Assembly (NCBI GenBank): GCA_024679065.1
Contig: JAGIQG010000021.1
Coordinates: 35,774,001-35,838,000, forward strand
Origin: Sphyrna mokarran
Lineage: Eukaryota
Direction: 5' to 3'
DNA: 64,000 nt
Shown: positions 39,324 to 53,206 of the stretch, piece after piece
Layout of the letters: the number at the start of each line of letters is the position of its first letter
How positions within the stretch are numbered: the stretch's first letter is position 1
Translations under genes and position numbers: made by a program
The notes under the pieces: generated by a model
What the model was told of the DNA's origin: nothing
Databases searched by the model: none
The model's input: only the letters and a program-made list of their open reading frames with translations

Positions 39324-40472
39324 AATAGTCCCCTACATTATCACAGGAGTTACATTTTGAAAAAAGATAAACTCGATGGTTGTAATTACTTTTAGTTACA
39401 GACAGAAAAGATGCTGTGTAAATGTACATTCTGTATCTCAGTCAGTTTGTCCTGAAGCACAGCAAAATATTTACAGAGAGATTTATGATTGCAAATCCTA
39501 CAGGTTTTGATGATAAATTGCTTTATCTTCATTTGAATGTTATCATTATGGATGTTGCAGCTAAGTAATGAATACTAATGTTCTGCATAAGACAAGGAAA
39601 ATTCACTATTACACAAATAACATGTAAAAATTAATGATGATTTTGGTGTATATTGTATAAAACAGATTGACTTTCAACTAAAGCAATCCTTTGAAGGAAT
39701 TCCAAGAAGCAGCTTGATTCCACACTGTCCAAAGACTGCGGCACAACTCCCAACACTTTTCCTGACAGTCTGATTCTTTCATTGTAAAACAAGTAGTCGA
39801 ACATGAAAAGTAACAGAATGTGGGGTTAATGAAACAAAGAAGTTGAGGCGGTAGAGTTCTCTTGTGTGGCAAATGTTGATGACAATATCTTTTACAAAGA
39901 TTTCTTGGGGGCAGATGGTGTTGCTTCTCAATTGCATAGCGTGAACAGGTTCTGGTGCATGGCCAGGCATGACTCCCTATCTATCATCCCAGAACAAGCC
40001 AGGAACATTGTGGAGTTTCACCAGCCTGTCACATCAGGATAGTAAGCAACTTTCAGCAAATGAAGGATGGACACAGAGTGCTGTGATGATAGAGATTCAG
40101 TTCATTCAGGGCAGCCACTTATCCTTTATCCTGCAAGATTCCACAAATCACAGCAGGAGGAATGTTAACGTTTAAACTCATCGACAGTCAAGTAACACTT
40201 CAGCCCACTTAGTAACAGATTTTTACACCTGTAAGCACTTTACAAGAGGACTCAGTGCACTACAGTACTTTTACAGTTTGCCTTTGGAAGATTATTCCCT
40301 TAAAACTAGACAAAAAATTTTGTTTATAAGTTCCAGGATACTAAAACTGAGAGAATCAGGATAAATTTTGATAAAAGATTCAAGATCATAGGTTTGGGAC
40401 CAGCTAGCATTCTTTTGGATGGGAAATGCTGAGCAGCTCTGAAAGAATGCCTGTGGTTTAAATTTTAAGTCT

Positions 40473-40738
40473 AAATTTATTTATTAATGTTACCTGTCAG
40501 CTTACATTAACACTGCAGTGAAAATCAGAGAATGGCTGCGGGGGAGAATTTAGATTGGCCAATGCACCTAACCAGCACATCCTTTGGACTATGGTAGCAA
40601 CTGGAGTACTTGAAGGAAACCCACCAAGACATGGGGAGAACATGCAGACACAGCACTGACAGGGACCCAAGCCAGAAATTGAATCCACGTCACTGGCACT
40701 GAGAGGTACAGTGCTAACTACTGTAGCACCATGCTGCC
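40473..40738 (-). mobile_element. V-SINE type B (internally deleted)
   Basis: Same family motifs. Confidence 0.8.
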
Positions 40739-42065
40739 TATAGCAGTGGAGAAAGGGAAGAGTGGGAAAGTCAAAGTTACAAAATTCAAATAGCACTTTC
40801 TATTTTAAATTCAGTTTTTTGTTTCGTTAGATCTGAAATCATGAGAACATTTGAATAACTTGCAGCAATTCCAGTTGGATGTTTTGCTCTGCCAAATCAC
40901 AAGAAATACCAGAGGTGGAACACAACTTTTCAGCTGCCATGCAGAAACAAGCTGGATCTGATTACATTTTCCTAAATATTTATATTGAAAAATGCAAATC
41001 CATACATTAACACATGATTTTGTTTTACAGAGTTTGACCATCAGACTTTCTACTGTGAACCACATTTAGGGCGAACTTCCAATAGTTTACAGTATGGCTG
41101 TATCTCATAGATAATCTGGTAAAGGAACACAAATTATAGTTACTGAAATGATCTGCTGACTCCTGCATGCATAGATTATCACTCAAAGCAGGACTAATCA
41201 TTTTGGAATTTCAATTTTTCATGGAGTCTGCAAATGCTCATCGTTAAATGCCTTCCATCCAATCCATATATTCATGATGTTTGTCACTGAGACATAACTG
41301 GATTAATGCAAGGAAAGGAATAATATTTTCTTCAAATAAGAATGGATGTGGGCTAGAAGTCTTTGATTAAGCATGTCTGGTGTCAGGCAGATATGGAAAG
41401 ATTTAAGTGGGAAAAATATCAGTGAAAAGGAAACGATGTAACAAAGACAGGGATAAAATGGTCACCCGAATGCTTCAGCATTCACTCTTTCCCTTCATCT
41501 CCCCATATACCAAACAAAAGAGTATTTGAGATCCAACACTGCTACTTCTTAATGGAAAGCAGATTAGACTGAACTTGCATCTGTAGAAGAATCTCTGGGC
41601 TAGTTTCTGCTTAAAGAATTCTTGAAACAGAAATATGTAATATTGGTTTTCTGTTCAACAGAATACTTCATGCAAATATGTCTGAATATCTTCAGATCTT
41701 AGATGCAATTGACTGACTAAGTCTATGCTTTAGTTTTATTCTAATGAATGTAGTGTTAATTGAGAAATGTGTCAACCTACTGTATTCAGTACTCATGGCA
41801 TAGAGATGGGATTCAATGTGAAAGTGGTGGAAGTACTTGCAGCAAAAATTAATTTAGGAATATTTTTAACAGTTTCATAAATCATTTTTTCCAATAAGGT
41901 TGATATGTCTTTTCAATAAATCATTCTCAAGCATCAAAGCAGTAAGTTACAAATATGGACTTATGGGAATAGATAGAGAAGACAAAGTTGGCAAAATAAT
42001 TTCTTATTTCTTTATGCTTTAAACTGTGCCCTTTTTCCAAATATACTGAGCTGAAAGTGTGAACT

Positions 42066-42345
42066 GGGTGGCATGGTGGCACCATGGTTAACTCTCTGCT
42101 TCACAGTGCCAGGGACCCAGATTCAATTCTGTGCTTGATTCACCATCAGTGTGAAGTTTGCATGTTTTCTCTGTGTCGACATGGGTTTTCTCCAGGTCTC
42201 CCATTTCCTCCCACAGTCTGAAAAATGTGCTGGTTAGGTGCATTGACTCAAATAGGCGCTGAAGTGTGGCAACTAGGGGAATTTCACAGTAACTTCATTG
42301 CAGTGTTAATGTAAGCCTTATTTCTGACTTATAAATAAATTTAAA
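42066..42345 (+). mobile_element. V-SINE type B
   Basis: gggtggcatggtggcaccatggttaac...ttcacagtaacttcattgcagtgttaatgtaagcc. Confidence 0.85.
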
Positions 42346-42404
42346 CTTCAACTTTAACTGAACTATTAAAGTGCTGGAGGACAGCATTGAATTTAATGAA
42401 GAAA

Positions 42405-42760
42405 AACTGCTTGCACATATATCAGTATCTTTCGTAACCTCAGACTGTCCGAGTGTGCTTTATGGATAATCTCTGAAGGGTAGAGAAATTGTAGTAATCA
42501 AGGAAACAATCCCTGAAGTGTAGTAACGGTTGTAACAAAGAAATTTGGCAGCCAATTTGTGCATAGCAGAATTCCACAAACAGAATTGGATAGTGATCAA
42601 ATAATTTGCTTTTGGAATGCTGCCCCAGAGATAAATAATAACAAAGTGATTGAGAGAATTCTGTTACTTTTTTTTCGAGTAATCACAGAATCTTTTATAC
42701 CATGATCAGGCCTGCATTTATACTGCATCATATGATTTCTGAACATTGTGCAGTGCTTAA
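42405..42760 (-). mobile_element. Deu-domain SINE remnant
   Basis: gaagtgtagtaac...ggcagccaatttgtgcatagcagaattccacaaacag. Confidence 0.6.
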
Positions 42761-42791
42761 AAAAGTGAAGTGTTTTGAAGTACAGTTAGTA

Positions 42792-43092
42792 GAATAATAG
42801 AATCCTTACAGTACAGTAGGAGGCCATTCTGCCCATCATCTGCATCAACAACAATCCCTCCCAGGCTCTATTCCTGTAACCTATATTTACTCTGACATTA
42901 AAGGGCAAGTTAGCATGGCCAATTAATCTAACGTGCATTTCTTTGGACTGTGGAAGGAAACTGGAACACTGGGAAGAAACCCACGCAGACACAGGGAGAA
43001 TGTGCAGACTCCACACATAGAGTGTACCGAGGCCAGAATTGAACTCGGGTCCCTGGTGCTGACAGGCAGCAGCGCTGGCCACTGTGCTGTCC
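42792..43092 (-). mobile_element. HE1-like V-SINE, full length
   Basis: Tail tagaatccttacagtacagtaggaggccattc, V-domain and tRNA-like head with B box. Confidence 0.88.
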
Positions 43093-43887
43093 TCTGTTAC
43101 TGTTGTTACATAAGCAAACATAGTCACTATCGGCACACAGCAAGGCTTTACATAGAGTAAAATGCCCTGTTAAGGTTTTTTTTTTGCATGATGGTCAAGG
43201 GATAAACATTGGCCAGATATGTAATACCCACCTGAAAAGGCAGATGGGCTCTCAGTTTAACATGTGCACTATTGTACTGAAGTGTTTGGAGCATTTAATG
43301 TTCAAGACCTGAGGCAGAAGTAAGTGTGCTATTAAATGAATGAGCTAACTCTTATTACAAGATAAGCCAGGGTGGAAAAGTTGTGAATTTTTTGGGGAAT
43401 AGACAAAAAGGAAAATAATTGCAATTTGAATGATCAGAAATTACATTCCCATTTCGAGGCAGGTCCAATCAAATATCCAAAGGTGGCAGTAAAGAAAATC
43501 CCAGTTAGGTACAGGGACTGACCAAACATGAAACACTGAGGAACTCTCACTTTAGTCAACTGTGCACACTTACTGGATAGGACAAGATAAAACAATTTAT
43601 TTGAAAATCACATGGTCATGAATTTTCCTATTTAAAATTTACAGTTAACAATGACCAAAGAAAGCAGCATAACATTTTCACTGCTAATGAGATATATTAA
43701 ATTGGTTTCGAAATACAACTTCATCAATTCAGAATAATACAAAGCCAAAAGTGCTTCAGGGTGAGGCACACTACTAACCCCAGTCCAACTTGTTTACTAT
43801 GAAGTTAATACAAGTGAGACAAGTAAAAGGGACAACTTACTGGAATTGGTCACCTTATCGAGTAACACTAAAGCAGTTACTAAAAAG

Positions 43888-44170
43888 GGGTGGCATGGTA
43901 GTCCAGAGTTAGCACTGCTGCTTCACAGCGCCAGAGATCCAGGTTCGATTCCCGGCTTGGGTCACTGTCTGTGTGGAGTTTGCATGTTCTTTGTGTCTGT
44001 GTGAGTTTCCTCTGGGTGCTCCAGTTCCCTCGCACATTCTGAAAGACATGCTGGTTAAGTGGAATGACACAAACAGGTGCCAGACTGTGGCAAGTAGGGG
44101 AATTTCATAGTAACTCCATTGCAATATTAAAGTATACCTTATTTGTAACTAATCAATAAACTTTACTTTA
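43888..44170 (+). mobile_element. V-SINE type B with intact B box
   Basis: GGTTCGATTCC at ~43942-43952, V-domain, type B tail. Confidence 0.88.
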
Positions 44171-44285
44171 GATAACTGACATTCATTAGGCTTTATACTG
44201 AACTACTTTTAATTAGTATTAGGAGACCAGTTTTCATTTGGAAGACAGCTTTAGTCCCATAGTTTAGTGCCACATTAACAATAAC

Positions 44286-45600
44286 ATAGAAACCTAAAAA
44301 ATAGCAGAAGTAGGCCATTTGGCCCTTCGAGTCTGCTCAGCTATTAATTTTGATTATAGCTAATGATCAAATTCTGTACACTGATCCCACCTTCCTCTCA
44401 TATCACTTGATCTCTTCAGCCCCAGCCCCAACAGCTATATGTAATTTCTTCTTGAAATCACACAATGTTTTTGCTTCAAAAACATTTGAATTCCATAGAT
44501 ACATCACTCTCTGGGTGAAGGAATTTCCCCTCGTGAGTTCCAAATGGTTTAGCCCCTTATCCACAAACTACAAGCCCTAGTTCTGGGCTCCCCCACCAGC
44601 AGGAACATTTTTTTTTTAATCCACCCTGTCTATCCTATCAGAATTTTATAAATTTTTATGAGATCCCTTCTCTCTCTTCTAAATTCCAATGAATATAATC
44701 CTAGCCAATTTAATCTCTCTTTATATGACAGACCCACTATCCCCCAGCAATCAGCCCTGGTGAACCTTCGCTGCACTCCCTCTGTATGAAGGGCATCCTT
44801 CCTCAGACAAGGACATCGAAATTCACAATAACTCCAGGTGCGTCCTCACTAATGCCCTATACAATTGCAGTAAAACATCCATATTCCTATACTCAAATCC
44901 TCTTGCTATGAAGGTCAACATATCACTTGTTCCTTTACTGCCTGCTGTACCTGCCTGCTTACTTTCAGTGACTGATGCAGGAGGACACCAATTTCTCGCC
45001 GAGTATCCAATTCTCTCAATTTACACCCTTTTAAATAATATTAATGCTATCAAAGTGGATATCCTCACATTTATCCACATTATGCTGCACTTGGTCACTC
45101 AGCCTGTCCATCCTCCTCACAGATCACCCAACTTTGTAGTATCTGCAAGTCCAAAGACCATACATGACTCAATGTATTGGGTGATAAATTATCAATCTAT
45201 AATGTGAATCGCTGGGATTGTAGAACAGATCTCTGCAATACCCCTACGTAATCCTTGATAATGGACTCTAGCAAATTCCCCAGTACTGGTATGAGGCTCA
45301 TGGGTCTATCATTCCGTGATTTCTTTCTACCTCCTTTTTGGAATAATAAGCTTACCTTAGCTACCCTTCAATCTGTAGGAACCAGTACAGAGTCTAAAGA
45401 ATTTTAGAAAATGACCACCAATGGATCTACTATTTCCAGGGCCACTTCTTTAAGCACTCTGGGATGAAGATCATCAGGCCCTGCAGGTTTATCCACCTTC
45501 AATTCCATCAATTTCCCCAAAACCATTTCTTTACTAATGCTGATTTTCTTCATCTCCTCATTAAAATCTGTTTTCTCAGAACTTTTATTAGACTAATTTC
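44286..45600 (-). mobile_element. CR1 LINE, degenerate ORF2 with internal deletions
   Basis: Tail catagaaac...gtaggccatttggcccttcgagtctgctc; ORF2 remnants ggtgaaccttcgctgcactccc and cacatttatccacatt. Confidence 0.85.
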
Positions 45601-46307
45601 TCAGCAGTCGACGAAATATGTGAAATGCAGTTTTAGGAAGGATATCAATAACTTCTTTACAAGGATAATCAAGATGTAGAATGGGTTTCTGGTAGAGCAG
45701 TGGGAAAGAAAATCCAGCACTATTTACGAAAATAACTGGTTCCTGCAATGGGGGAGCATTTTAGGATCTCTTCAGATGGATCAAACAAGGAGTCAAATGG
45801 CCTTCCCAATCCATATTTATCTATGAAGCTGGCCTTTGAAACATCCATTGTCGATGCTATTTAAGAATGGGTTGCAAACTATTTTGTTTCTAAAGGAGTG
45901 GGATTACGGGAATAGGTGTTTGGAATGGTGCTTGGTACAGATTCAATGGCCTGTGTGGCCTCCTTCTGTACTGTAGGGATTCTATGAGTGGGGGTAGACA
46001 TAGGAAAAGGATATCTTGCATCCAGGGCACTGAAAGTCCAAATTCAGAAAAAATCCTTCCTTCTCACAGGTAGTGAAAGTGAAGAAACAAGTTACAACTC
46101 CAGGGATCAAACAGACAGTGGTAACAAAGACTTTCAAAGGAGGAGAATGAAGGCAGTGTAAAAGATCAATGTAATATGCCAATGAAGCCATCAAATTGAG
46201 TTTCTAGTCATCAAGTATATAGAAAAGGCTCTATGATTACAGCAATAGCTAGGTAGCTGAATTACAATAACGACATTTCTCTATTTATATCTAAATCAAA
46301 GTTTAGA

Positions 46308-46578
46308 CATAAAATCCCTGCAGTGCAGAAAGCAGGCCATTTGGCCCACCAAGTCTGCACTAACTTTTCTTACCCAGAGCCTATCCCCGCTAATCCCCTA
46401 AACTACACATTTTGGAACAAGGGGCAATTTAGCATGGCAAATCAACCTACCATGCATATCTTTGAACTGTGGGAAGACACCAGAACACCCAGAGAAAACC
46501 CTTTGCAATTAGTTACCTAAGACTGGTATTGAACCTGGGTCCCTTGTGTTGTGAGACAGCAGAGTTAGCCACAATGCC
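46308..46578 (-). mobile_element. HE1-like V-SINE
   Basis: cagtgcagaaagcaggccatttggccc...ggggcaatttagcatggc...attgaacctgggtccc. Confidence 0.8.
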
Positions 46579-47125
46579 ATACATGAATTATGCGAAATCT
46601 CTCATTTTTCAGTGGTTAGGGTTTTACACATTTTGAAGGCATTTACAGGCATAGTATCGGTGCTAAGTGATTCTTACTCTGAATTGATGCTGAACTAAAA
46701 TGACAAGTCCGGAATTATGGGCTGACTTGAATCTTGATGATCGCATCCTGGAGCCCAGGATAAGCTCAGACCTTGGATTAGGCTGCTATTATATACTAAT
46801 AGTGGAATGGTATAAAGCCAAATCATTGTGAATCAACGTTGCAGTAATAGCACAAAGGGGACCCTTAAATTGAATTTTTATATTTATCATTTGATGGTAT
46901 TTTGAGCTCTACAAAACAAAAATTCTGAATCAATATTGGGATTTAGCAAATACGCTACAATATAAATTGTAGCATTTAAGCTCGTGATGATTTTTGCTGC
47001 TAAAAAGGTAATATCGGAAAAGGAAAATTGAACAGTGAACCCAACCCTGCCTGCATTTGCACAATTGGTCTTTAACTCTGTTTTTCAGGAAGAAAAAGTT
47101 GCACCACACATTTCAGAGAAGTTAC

Positions 47126-47436
47126 CATAGAAGCCCTACAGTGCAGGAGGAGGCCATTTGGCCCATCAAGCCTGCATCACCAACAATCCCATCCAAGCCC
47201 CAACTGTGCGACCCCATGTGTTTACCTTGCTAATCACTCTGGCACTAGGGTGCAATTTAGCACAGCCAATCAACCTAACCCGCACATCTTTGGAGGAGGA
47301 AACAAGTGCACCCAGAGGAAACCCACACAGACAGTGGGAGAATGTGCAAACTCCACAGACAGTGACCCAAAGCCAGAGCTGAACCCGAGTCCTTGGCATT
47401 GTTAGTGCTAACCTTTGTGCCAACATGCCACTTCCC
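47126..47436 (-). mobile_element. HE1-like V-SINE
   Basis: catagaagccctacagtgcaggaggaggccatttggccc...V-domain...head. Confidence 0.85.
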
Positions 47437-50134
47437 AAATCAAATGCTATTTTTTTGAATGTACTTTAAACAGTTTTGTAATGTTCAGTTTTGATATTAG
47501 AATGGCATTGGAATGCTAGCCAATACCCAATCACTGGATATGTAACGAGAATGCGTGAGGCAAGGGTGTTGATTTGTGTTCAGAGATATCTAGAAAGAAG
47601 AATAAAGCTGACGGATTCAGTAGCAGCGATGGCAGTTGTAGGTTTGGTGTGTACAGTGGATGATGATGATGAAGGCGGCCTGTTTCATTAGTTTGATCAG
47701 AGTTTAGTGGGTTCAGTGGGAAAGGTAATGCTGGCAGCTCTGCAGGTGAATTGGATCCTGTAGGAAGGACAATGCTGATGGGTTTAATTTGGGCAATTTA
47801 GGAAGATCATTAACTTTTTCCGTTGAATGTATGATACAACTTACTCTTCCTGACAAGCTTAGTTTCGAAATTAGTTTAAAGAGTCTGCTACTTAGAGAAA
47901 ATTCATGCAATTTTTTTAACACAATTCCACATAGATCCTTATTTGGAGCCTGATATCTTTGCAACTAGCTAAAAGCTTTATCAGAATTTGTCTGTAAAGA
48001 GTCCAGCATCCTTACCAGTCATGAGTGTCACTTGGACTTGGTGGCTGGTAGTGACGTTTCCAGAATTAAATACTTAACATAAAACAGGATGTCTGCCAGT
48101 TAAATATCTGGAGGGAATTTGAGACTTGAAATAGCAGGTGTTTTGGAGCAGTGATAACAACATCTCATATTTGAGTTGGGTTGGGCATTTTAAGGTGCTG
48201 ACATTTTAGACATCATTTTAATTTAAACAATTAGAAAAGGGCAATGGTGGGGAGGTGGGGTAGTATTTAAATGTGCAAAAAACCATGACAGGGAAATTGA
48301 CAAATGTTAAGTATTTTTGTTTAAACGTCTACAAGAAAACAAAGTAACTAATAAAACACACAACTAACCTAGACATGCAAGATGCTGCACAAAATAATTT
48401 CTCAAGCAATAGAATGTGGTATTTGGGAAGAAAAGTGAGATAGTGAGCAAGATGAGGCAGCAGATATTTTGCGAAACAATATAAAGGTAAAGTATAGGAA
48501 CCTAAAGAGTACTGAATTTGGAGCTTTATCAGTGCAAGCCTTTAATTGAACACTTTAATGTACTGAACAAATGTATGTCGTCAGAGATAAAGAGATTCAA
48601 GAACTTTTAAATATTGCATGAGGAAATTAAGATTTAGAATAACTGCCATTTTGATTTCAAGCTAAAGCAGAATTATAAACTGTGAGTTTGTGTTAAATAG
48701 GACATTCCTAGGAGAAGTTTACAATGGTATACGTTCCATCAAATTAACACAGCTTGACCTCTGGAAGAAGATAGTAGCAACAATGAAGACAGCTCCATTA
48801 GGAGTCCCAGCTCTCTTCGCAGCTCCTCACCAAAAGCAGATGGAGCCCCATTTTAGTAAAATGCACCATGACTCAAAGTTTATAGATGAGCATCTGGGAT
48901 GTTTCCTCACGCAGTGTGTGGTGCAGCATAGTCAAATCTATCAAATGTCCGGGCTGATAATTAATCAGTTGGAAACCTGCTTTGTACACCTCTAGTTGCA
49001 AAGACCCTTAGCCTCACGAAAAAAATGAAAAAATGCCTTGAGGTGTGAAAGGTCAACAACATATGTGCAAGATTAATGTTTAAGAATCAAAGCTCTTGAG
49101 TGCTGCACCATAATTTTTGTACTATTATACCTATGGGACATAAGCACAATAGAACATTTCAGAACACTGTGCTAATCATTTGGAAAGACAAAGGTCAAAA
49201 TGGAAAAGTCTATTCAGCCAATGCACAGGAAGAATTCCGTCTTGAATCACAAAACTATTATTTGCTCTTAAGGCATAGGGTCTCTTCAGACACTTGGATT
49301 ACTTCAGCCAGTTTACATGTTAACATTATTAGTTATATTATACAAGCAATTTCATTGAACCAGTTTTTCTGTCATGGGAGAGATTCCAACCATTAATTTT
49401 ACTTTAACCAGAAATCATTTTTACAAAGCACACAGTACTCAGTAACAAGTCAAAGCAAGTGGCCAAATTAAAGTGACAACAGCAGGATTTCACAATTGTC
49501 AAGTACCTACATGTAAAATTATCCATAAAAATGATTATCAATATAAACTTAAACAGGGAATCGAGTAGCTGATGTTGCTGGTCCATTGCATTATAATGCA
49601 TATTAAACATACTTTCGCTGACCAGTTCTAGTTTTGTAATTAACCTCAATGTAGCAACAGGAACTAGTTATTGCATTACTGGTATTGCATTCAGAGTATT
49701 ACCAAATTACAGATCTATTTGTAAATATTGCTAAAATTGTACAAATTCCATCCATAAATTGGTTGAATAGTAAATGAATATCATTACACATTTGGACAAA
49801 AGGCAAACTGAGTCAGTGTGGAGATATTTCGATAATCAGCAGGATTAATATTTGATCAAATGTTAGTTAAGGTTGGAGCTGGTGAAAGGAAGACAACATA
49901 CACTTTTGCAGAAAACATAGGGTCACTTGAGAAAATGATCCCTAAAGGAGGGAAGGACATTCAAAAACTACATTTAAAAGTGATGGAACTGGCAGTCATG
50001 TCAATGTGACAAGTCAAAAACAACAAACGGTTGAACTACAAGAAACATCTCAATTTTAGAAATATCTCAATTTTGCATCATTATTCATGATTATGTATAA
50101 CTATTGCATCAAAATCACAAGTCATCACGTACTG

Positions 50135-50522
50135 CATAAGAATTGCATAAACAATTGTGAAGATAGTCAAGTTCCACATGCATGAAAATAGCCTCAACTG
50201 GGATCTTGGGTTCATGCCACACCACATGTAACCCCCACCATTTGGCCTGGGCTTGAAAAATCCTACTAACTGTCCTGGTTTGAGACAATTCACATCTCTT
50301 TAACCTGTGATTATTTCTCTCTCCACATACACTGTCTGTACCTATAAAGACTTGATTATCTGAAAAGACTTGCATTCCAGCCATCATCTTGCAACTGTGT
50401 CTATATATGCCATGTTTGTGAAACCTACCTCTCCACTTAACCTAATGAAAGAGCAGCGCTCTGAAAGCTCATGATTCATGATTGGAATTTAACCTGGTGC
50501 TGAGAGACCTTTTATTGTGCCC
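50135..50522 (+). mobile_element. Penelope-like element 3' end (ORF C-terminus plus pLTR with decayed hammerhead)
   Basis: IVKFHMHENSLNWDLGFMPHHM-stop resembles the Penelope C-terminal GLNRDLGF motif; followed by ctaatga-aa-gagc-agc-gctc-t-gaaa and ...tttaacctggtgctgagagacc. Confidence 0.7.
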
Positions 50523-51175
50523 AAAATTGGATGGAATACAAATTCTAATAAGACCGAATTGCTTTCCAATTCTGTCAAGAATATATTTTCTGAGAGTCTT
50601 CAGAGATGCACAGAATCAAATGCTCCAAATAGCCCCCAAGAAACCTAAACAGACCATTCATCTATTGTTTCTGCAGTCTACCCCACCAAGGTTTCATCAT
50701 TGGCCTCTGGTGTTCTTAACTCACTCATTACAGAAGAGTAAGCATGTCAACTAAGGTGACTCATCCAGTTATTTTCTCCCTCCCTCCTATTTCAATTTAA
50801 TAATACAACTAAGTTCTTAAAATTACTCTAAGGGGAACTGCAGGCACAAAATTCTGATAGTTGGCAATATGTGTACCACAGATATATGGTTTGCAGAATG
50901 ATATACCATAAACATAGGAAATACAAAATTGAGAGAAACAAAAGCTTCAATGGTAAACATTATTGCAAATCAATTTGAAAATACTTCAATAATTCTTAAA
51001 ATACATAAATGATAAAACAAATAGTTAATTTTCTTTTAAAAAAACAAGTATATTGGAACAGTAGACGGCTCCTACTTTAGATCATGGCTAATTTGCACCT
51101 GAACTCTATACCCTTGACACCCTTATTTGACAATAATCCTCCATCTTAGTCTTGAAATTTTTAATCCTCCCAGCG

Positions 51176-52043
51176 AGTTATGAGGAGAGGTTAGGCAAAT
51201 TGGGCCTGTTTTCCTTAGAAAGACGTAGATTTAGAGGAGATCTAATAGAGGTGTACAAGATTATGAGGGATATAGATAGAGTAAACAGGGTTAAGCTTTT
51301 TCTTAGGATGGACTCGAATAGCACGAGGGGTCACCGGCTTAGGGTGAGGGGGGGTAAGGTATAATTTGGATGCTAGAGAGTTTTTTCACACAGAGGGTGG
51401 TGAGGGTATGGAATGCACTGCCAAGTAAAGTGGTGGAGGCAGGTACTCTGGAGTTATTTAAGAAATACTTGGATGGCACATGAACAGAATGGGAATGGAG
51501 GGGTATAGAAAACTGATTTAAAATAGGGATCACGAGCCTTAGGAGTCCCTGAGAAGTGTGTAAATAGATAATGATATTGACGTATTTGTTTTTATCCTAC
51601 AGGTGCTTTGGTCCACTTGTTGTCTAACGAGGGGCATACACGCGATGGGTCGTGAGAGGGCTGCTCTTGGATATTTTTTTGAGAGTATCCTACTGCTTCA
51701 TGTCATTAGTGTGCGCTTGACCTGAACCATTTGATGGGCAACACGACAGTTCAGTGACTATCGCTGTGCAGTGCAGATTCATGGATTTGGGCCTGTGTCT
51801 GTGGGAGTTTGCGCATTCTCCCCGTGCTTGCGTGGGTTTTCTCCAGGTACTCCGGTTTCCTCCCACATCCCAAAGATGTGCTCTTAGGCTAATTGGCAAA
51901 ACAAATTCTCCCTAAATTTGGTTTTTAATCCATAGATCTATAAACATGGACAGGAATCGCGGGTAGAGGTGGGGACATCGGGGTGGCGGTGTGGGCTCGT
52001 TGGGCTGAAGGGCCTGTTTCCCATGCTGTTTTGTTCTTTGTTC
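51176..52043 (+). mobile_element. Composite CR1 LINE whose 3' UTR ends in a captured V-SINE (copy 1)
   Basis: SYEERLGKLGLFSLERRRFRGDLIEVYKIM...FFTQRVVRVWNALP...EGYRKLI-stop (~51521), then ~520 nt comprising unique UTR, a decayed tRNA head, the V-domain, a CR1 tail and (TTTGTTC)n. Confidence 0.85.
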
Positions 52044-52574
52044 ACCTACAACCTTTGAGAACAGAGATAAGAGTAGGGATGGGGTGGGGGAGAAAAAGTT
52101 CTACATTTCAAATATCGCAAGTGGGAAAAAAAAGCCTTCTGATTTCATTCTTATGTGGCCTAGCTATAATTTTTAGATTGTATCTGCTTGTCCTGGAATT
52201 CCCTTACCAAAGCAAATAGTTTCTCTGTATTTACCTTACAGAATCTATTCATCATCTCAAACACCTTGATTAGATTACCCCGCAACCTATGAAACTCAAA
52301 GGAATACAAGCCAGGTTTATGTAAGCTGTCCTTATGAGTTAACCCTTTAAGACTTGATGCTGTGGTGTCAAATCGGTCGTGTATCCAATCCATGATGAAT
52401 ATTTCTTTTGTGAAATGCAGTGTGCAAAACTGAATACAATATTCCAGATCGAATCTGACTAAAGCTCCGTGCAGCTGAAGCATAACTTCCCTCTATTTGC
52501 ATACCAACCTCTTTAAGATAAAGGCCAACACTGTCAGCTGCTTTTCTGATTATATTTTGTCCCTGGGCTCTAGA

Positions 52575-52717
52575 CATGCTGGTTAGCTGCACTGGGGTTG
52601 CTAAATCCTCCCTTAGCGTACCTGAACAGACATGCAAATGTGGTGACTAGCGGATTTTCAGTAACTTCACTGCAGTTTAATGAAAGCCTACTTGCTACAA
52701 TAATAAAATAAACCTTT
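52575..52717 (+). mobile_element. V-SINE type B 3' half
   Basis: catgctggttag...cagtaacttcactgcagtttaatgaaagcctacttgc. Confidence 0.75.
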
Positions 52718-53135
52718 AGCTTTCAGCAATTTGTGTACAAAGACATACAAATTTTTTTGCTCCTTTACTGTTTAGTTTATTGCCACTGTGAAAATATTTT
52801 TAAGATTTAGAATAGTTTGATTATCCTTTTATTAAAACGAGTGCTGACAACATTAGAGGTTTCATTATGTAGATATATAGAGCCTAACGGCATGAGGAGG
52901 CTGACCATATAGTTGAAGCAATATAGAACTCTTCTACTTCCTAGCCTTCCATTAGCCAGATTCAATAATTCCGCACAGATGGCAAACCAAAGCTTGAATT
53001 TTTCCAGCTTTTGTTGTTCAGTATCACACTGTGCAGTTAACATGAACCATGTGCTACAAACATTTCAAAGCTTACAAATTAAAAACTGTTGAAATTCCAA
53101 AAAAGTAACAAGTATAATACTGAACGGAGACCAAC

Positions 53136-53206
53136 CTAATTTGTCCTCTGACCAGGGGTCTGTTCTTCGTCCTGTTCATGTTCGAGTCAAATGGCACCTC
53201 AAAGAA
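53136..53206 (-). CDS. cox10: COX10 internal exon (equivalent to human exon 5, 71 nt); absent from the ORF track
   Basis: Read by hand: ctgatag|TTC TTT GAG GTG CCA TTT GAC TCG AAC ATG AAC AGG ACG AAG AAC AGA CCC CTG GTC AGA GGA CAA ATT AG|gttggt = [23 protein letters not shown](S), the UbiA-family first Asp-rich loop. Confidence 0.96.

Larger units (their letters stand above)
51040..52830 (-). mobile_element. Old CR1 LINE hosting two younger insertions (51176-52043 and 52575-52717)
   Basis: The ORF track at 52160-52483 gives LEYCIQF...LHKPGLYSFEFHRLRGNLIKVF, which is CR1 ORF2. Confidence 0.8.

Noticed and set aside
43888-43960. tRNA-like sequences with A/B boxes (also in other SINE heads)
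   Set aside because: They continue into V-domains and tails and lack a complete cloverleaf, so they are SINE heads rather than tRNA genes.
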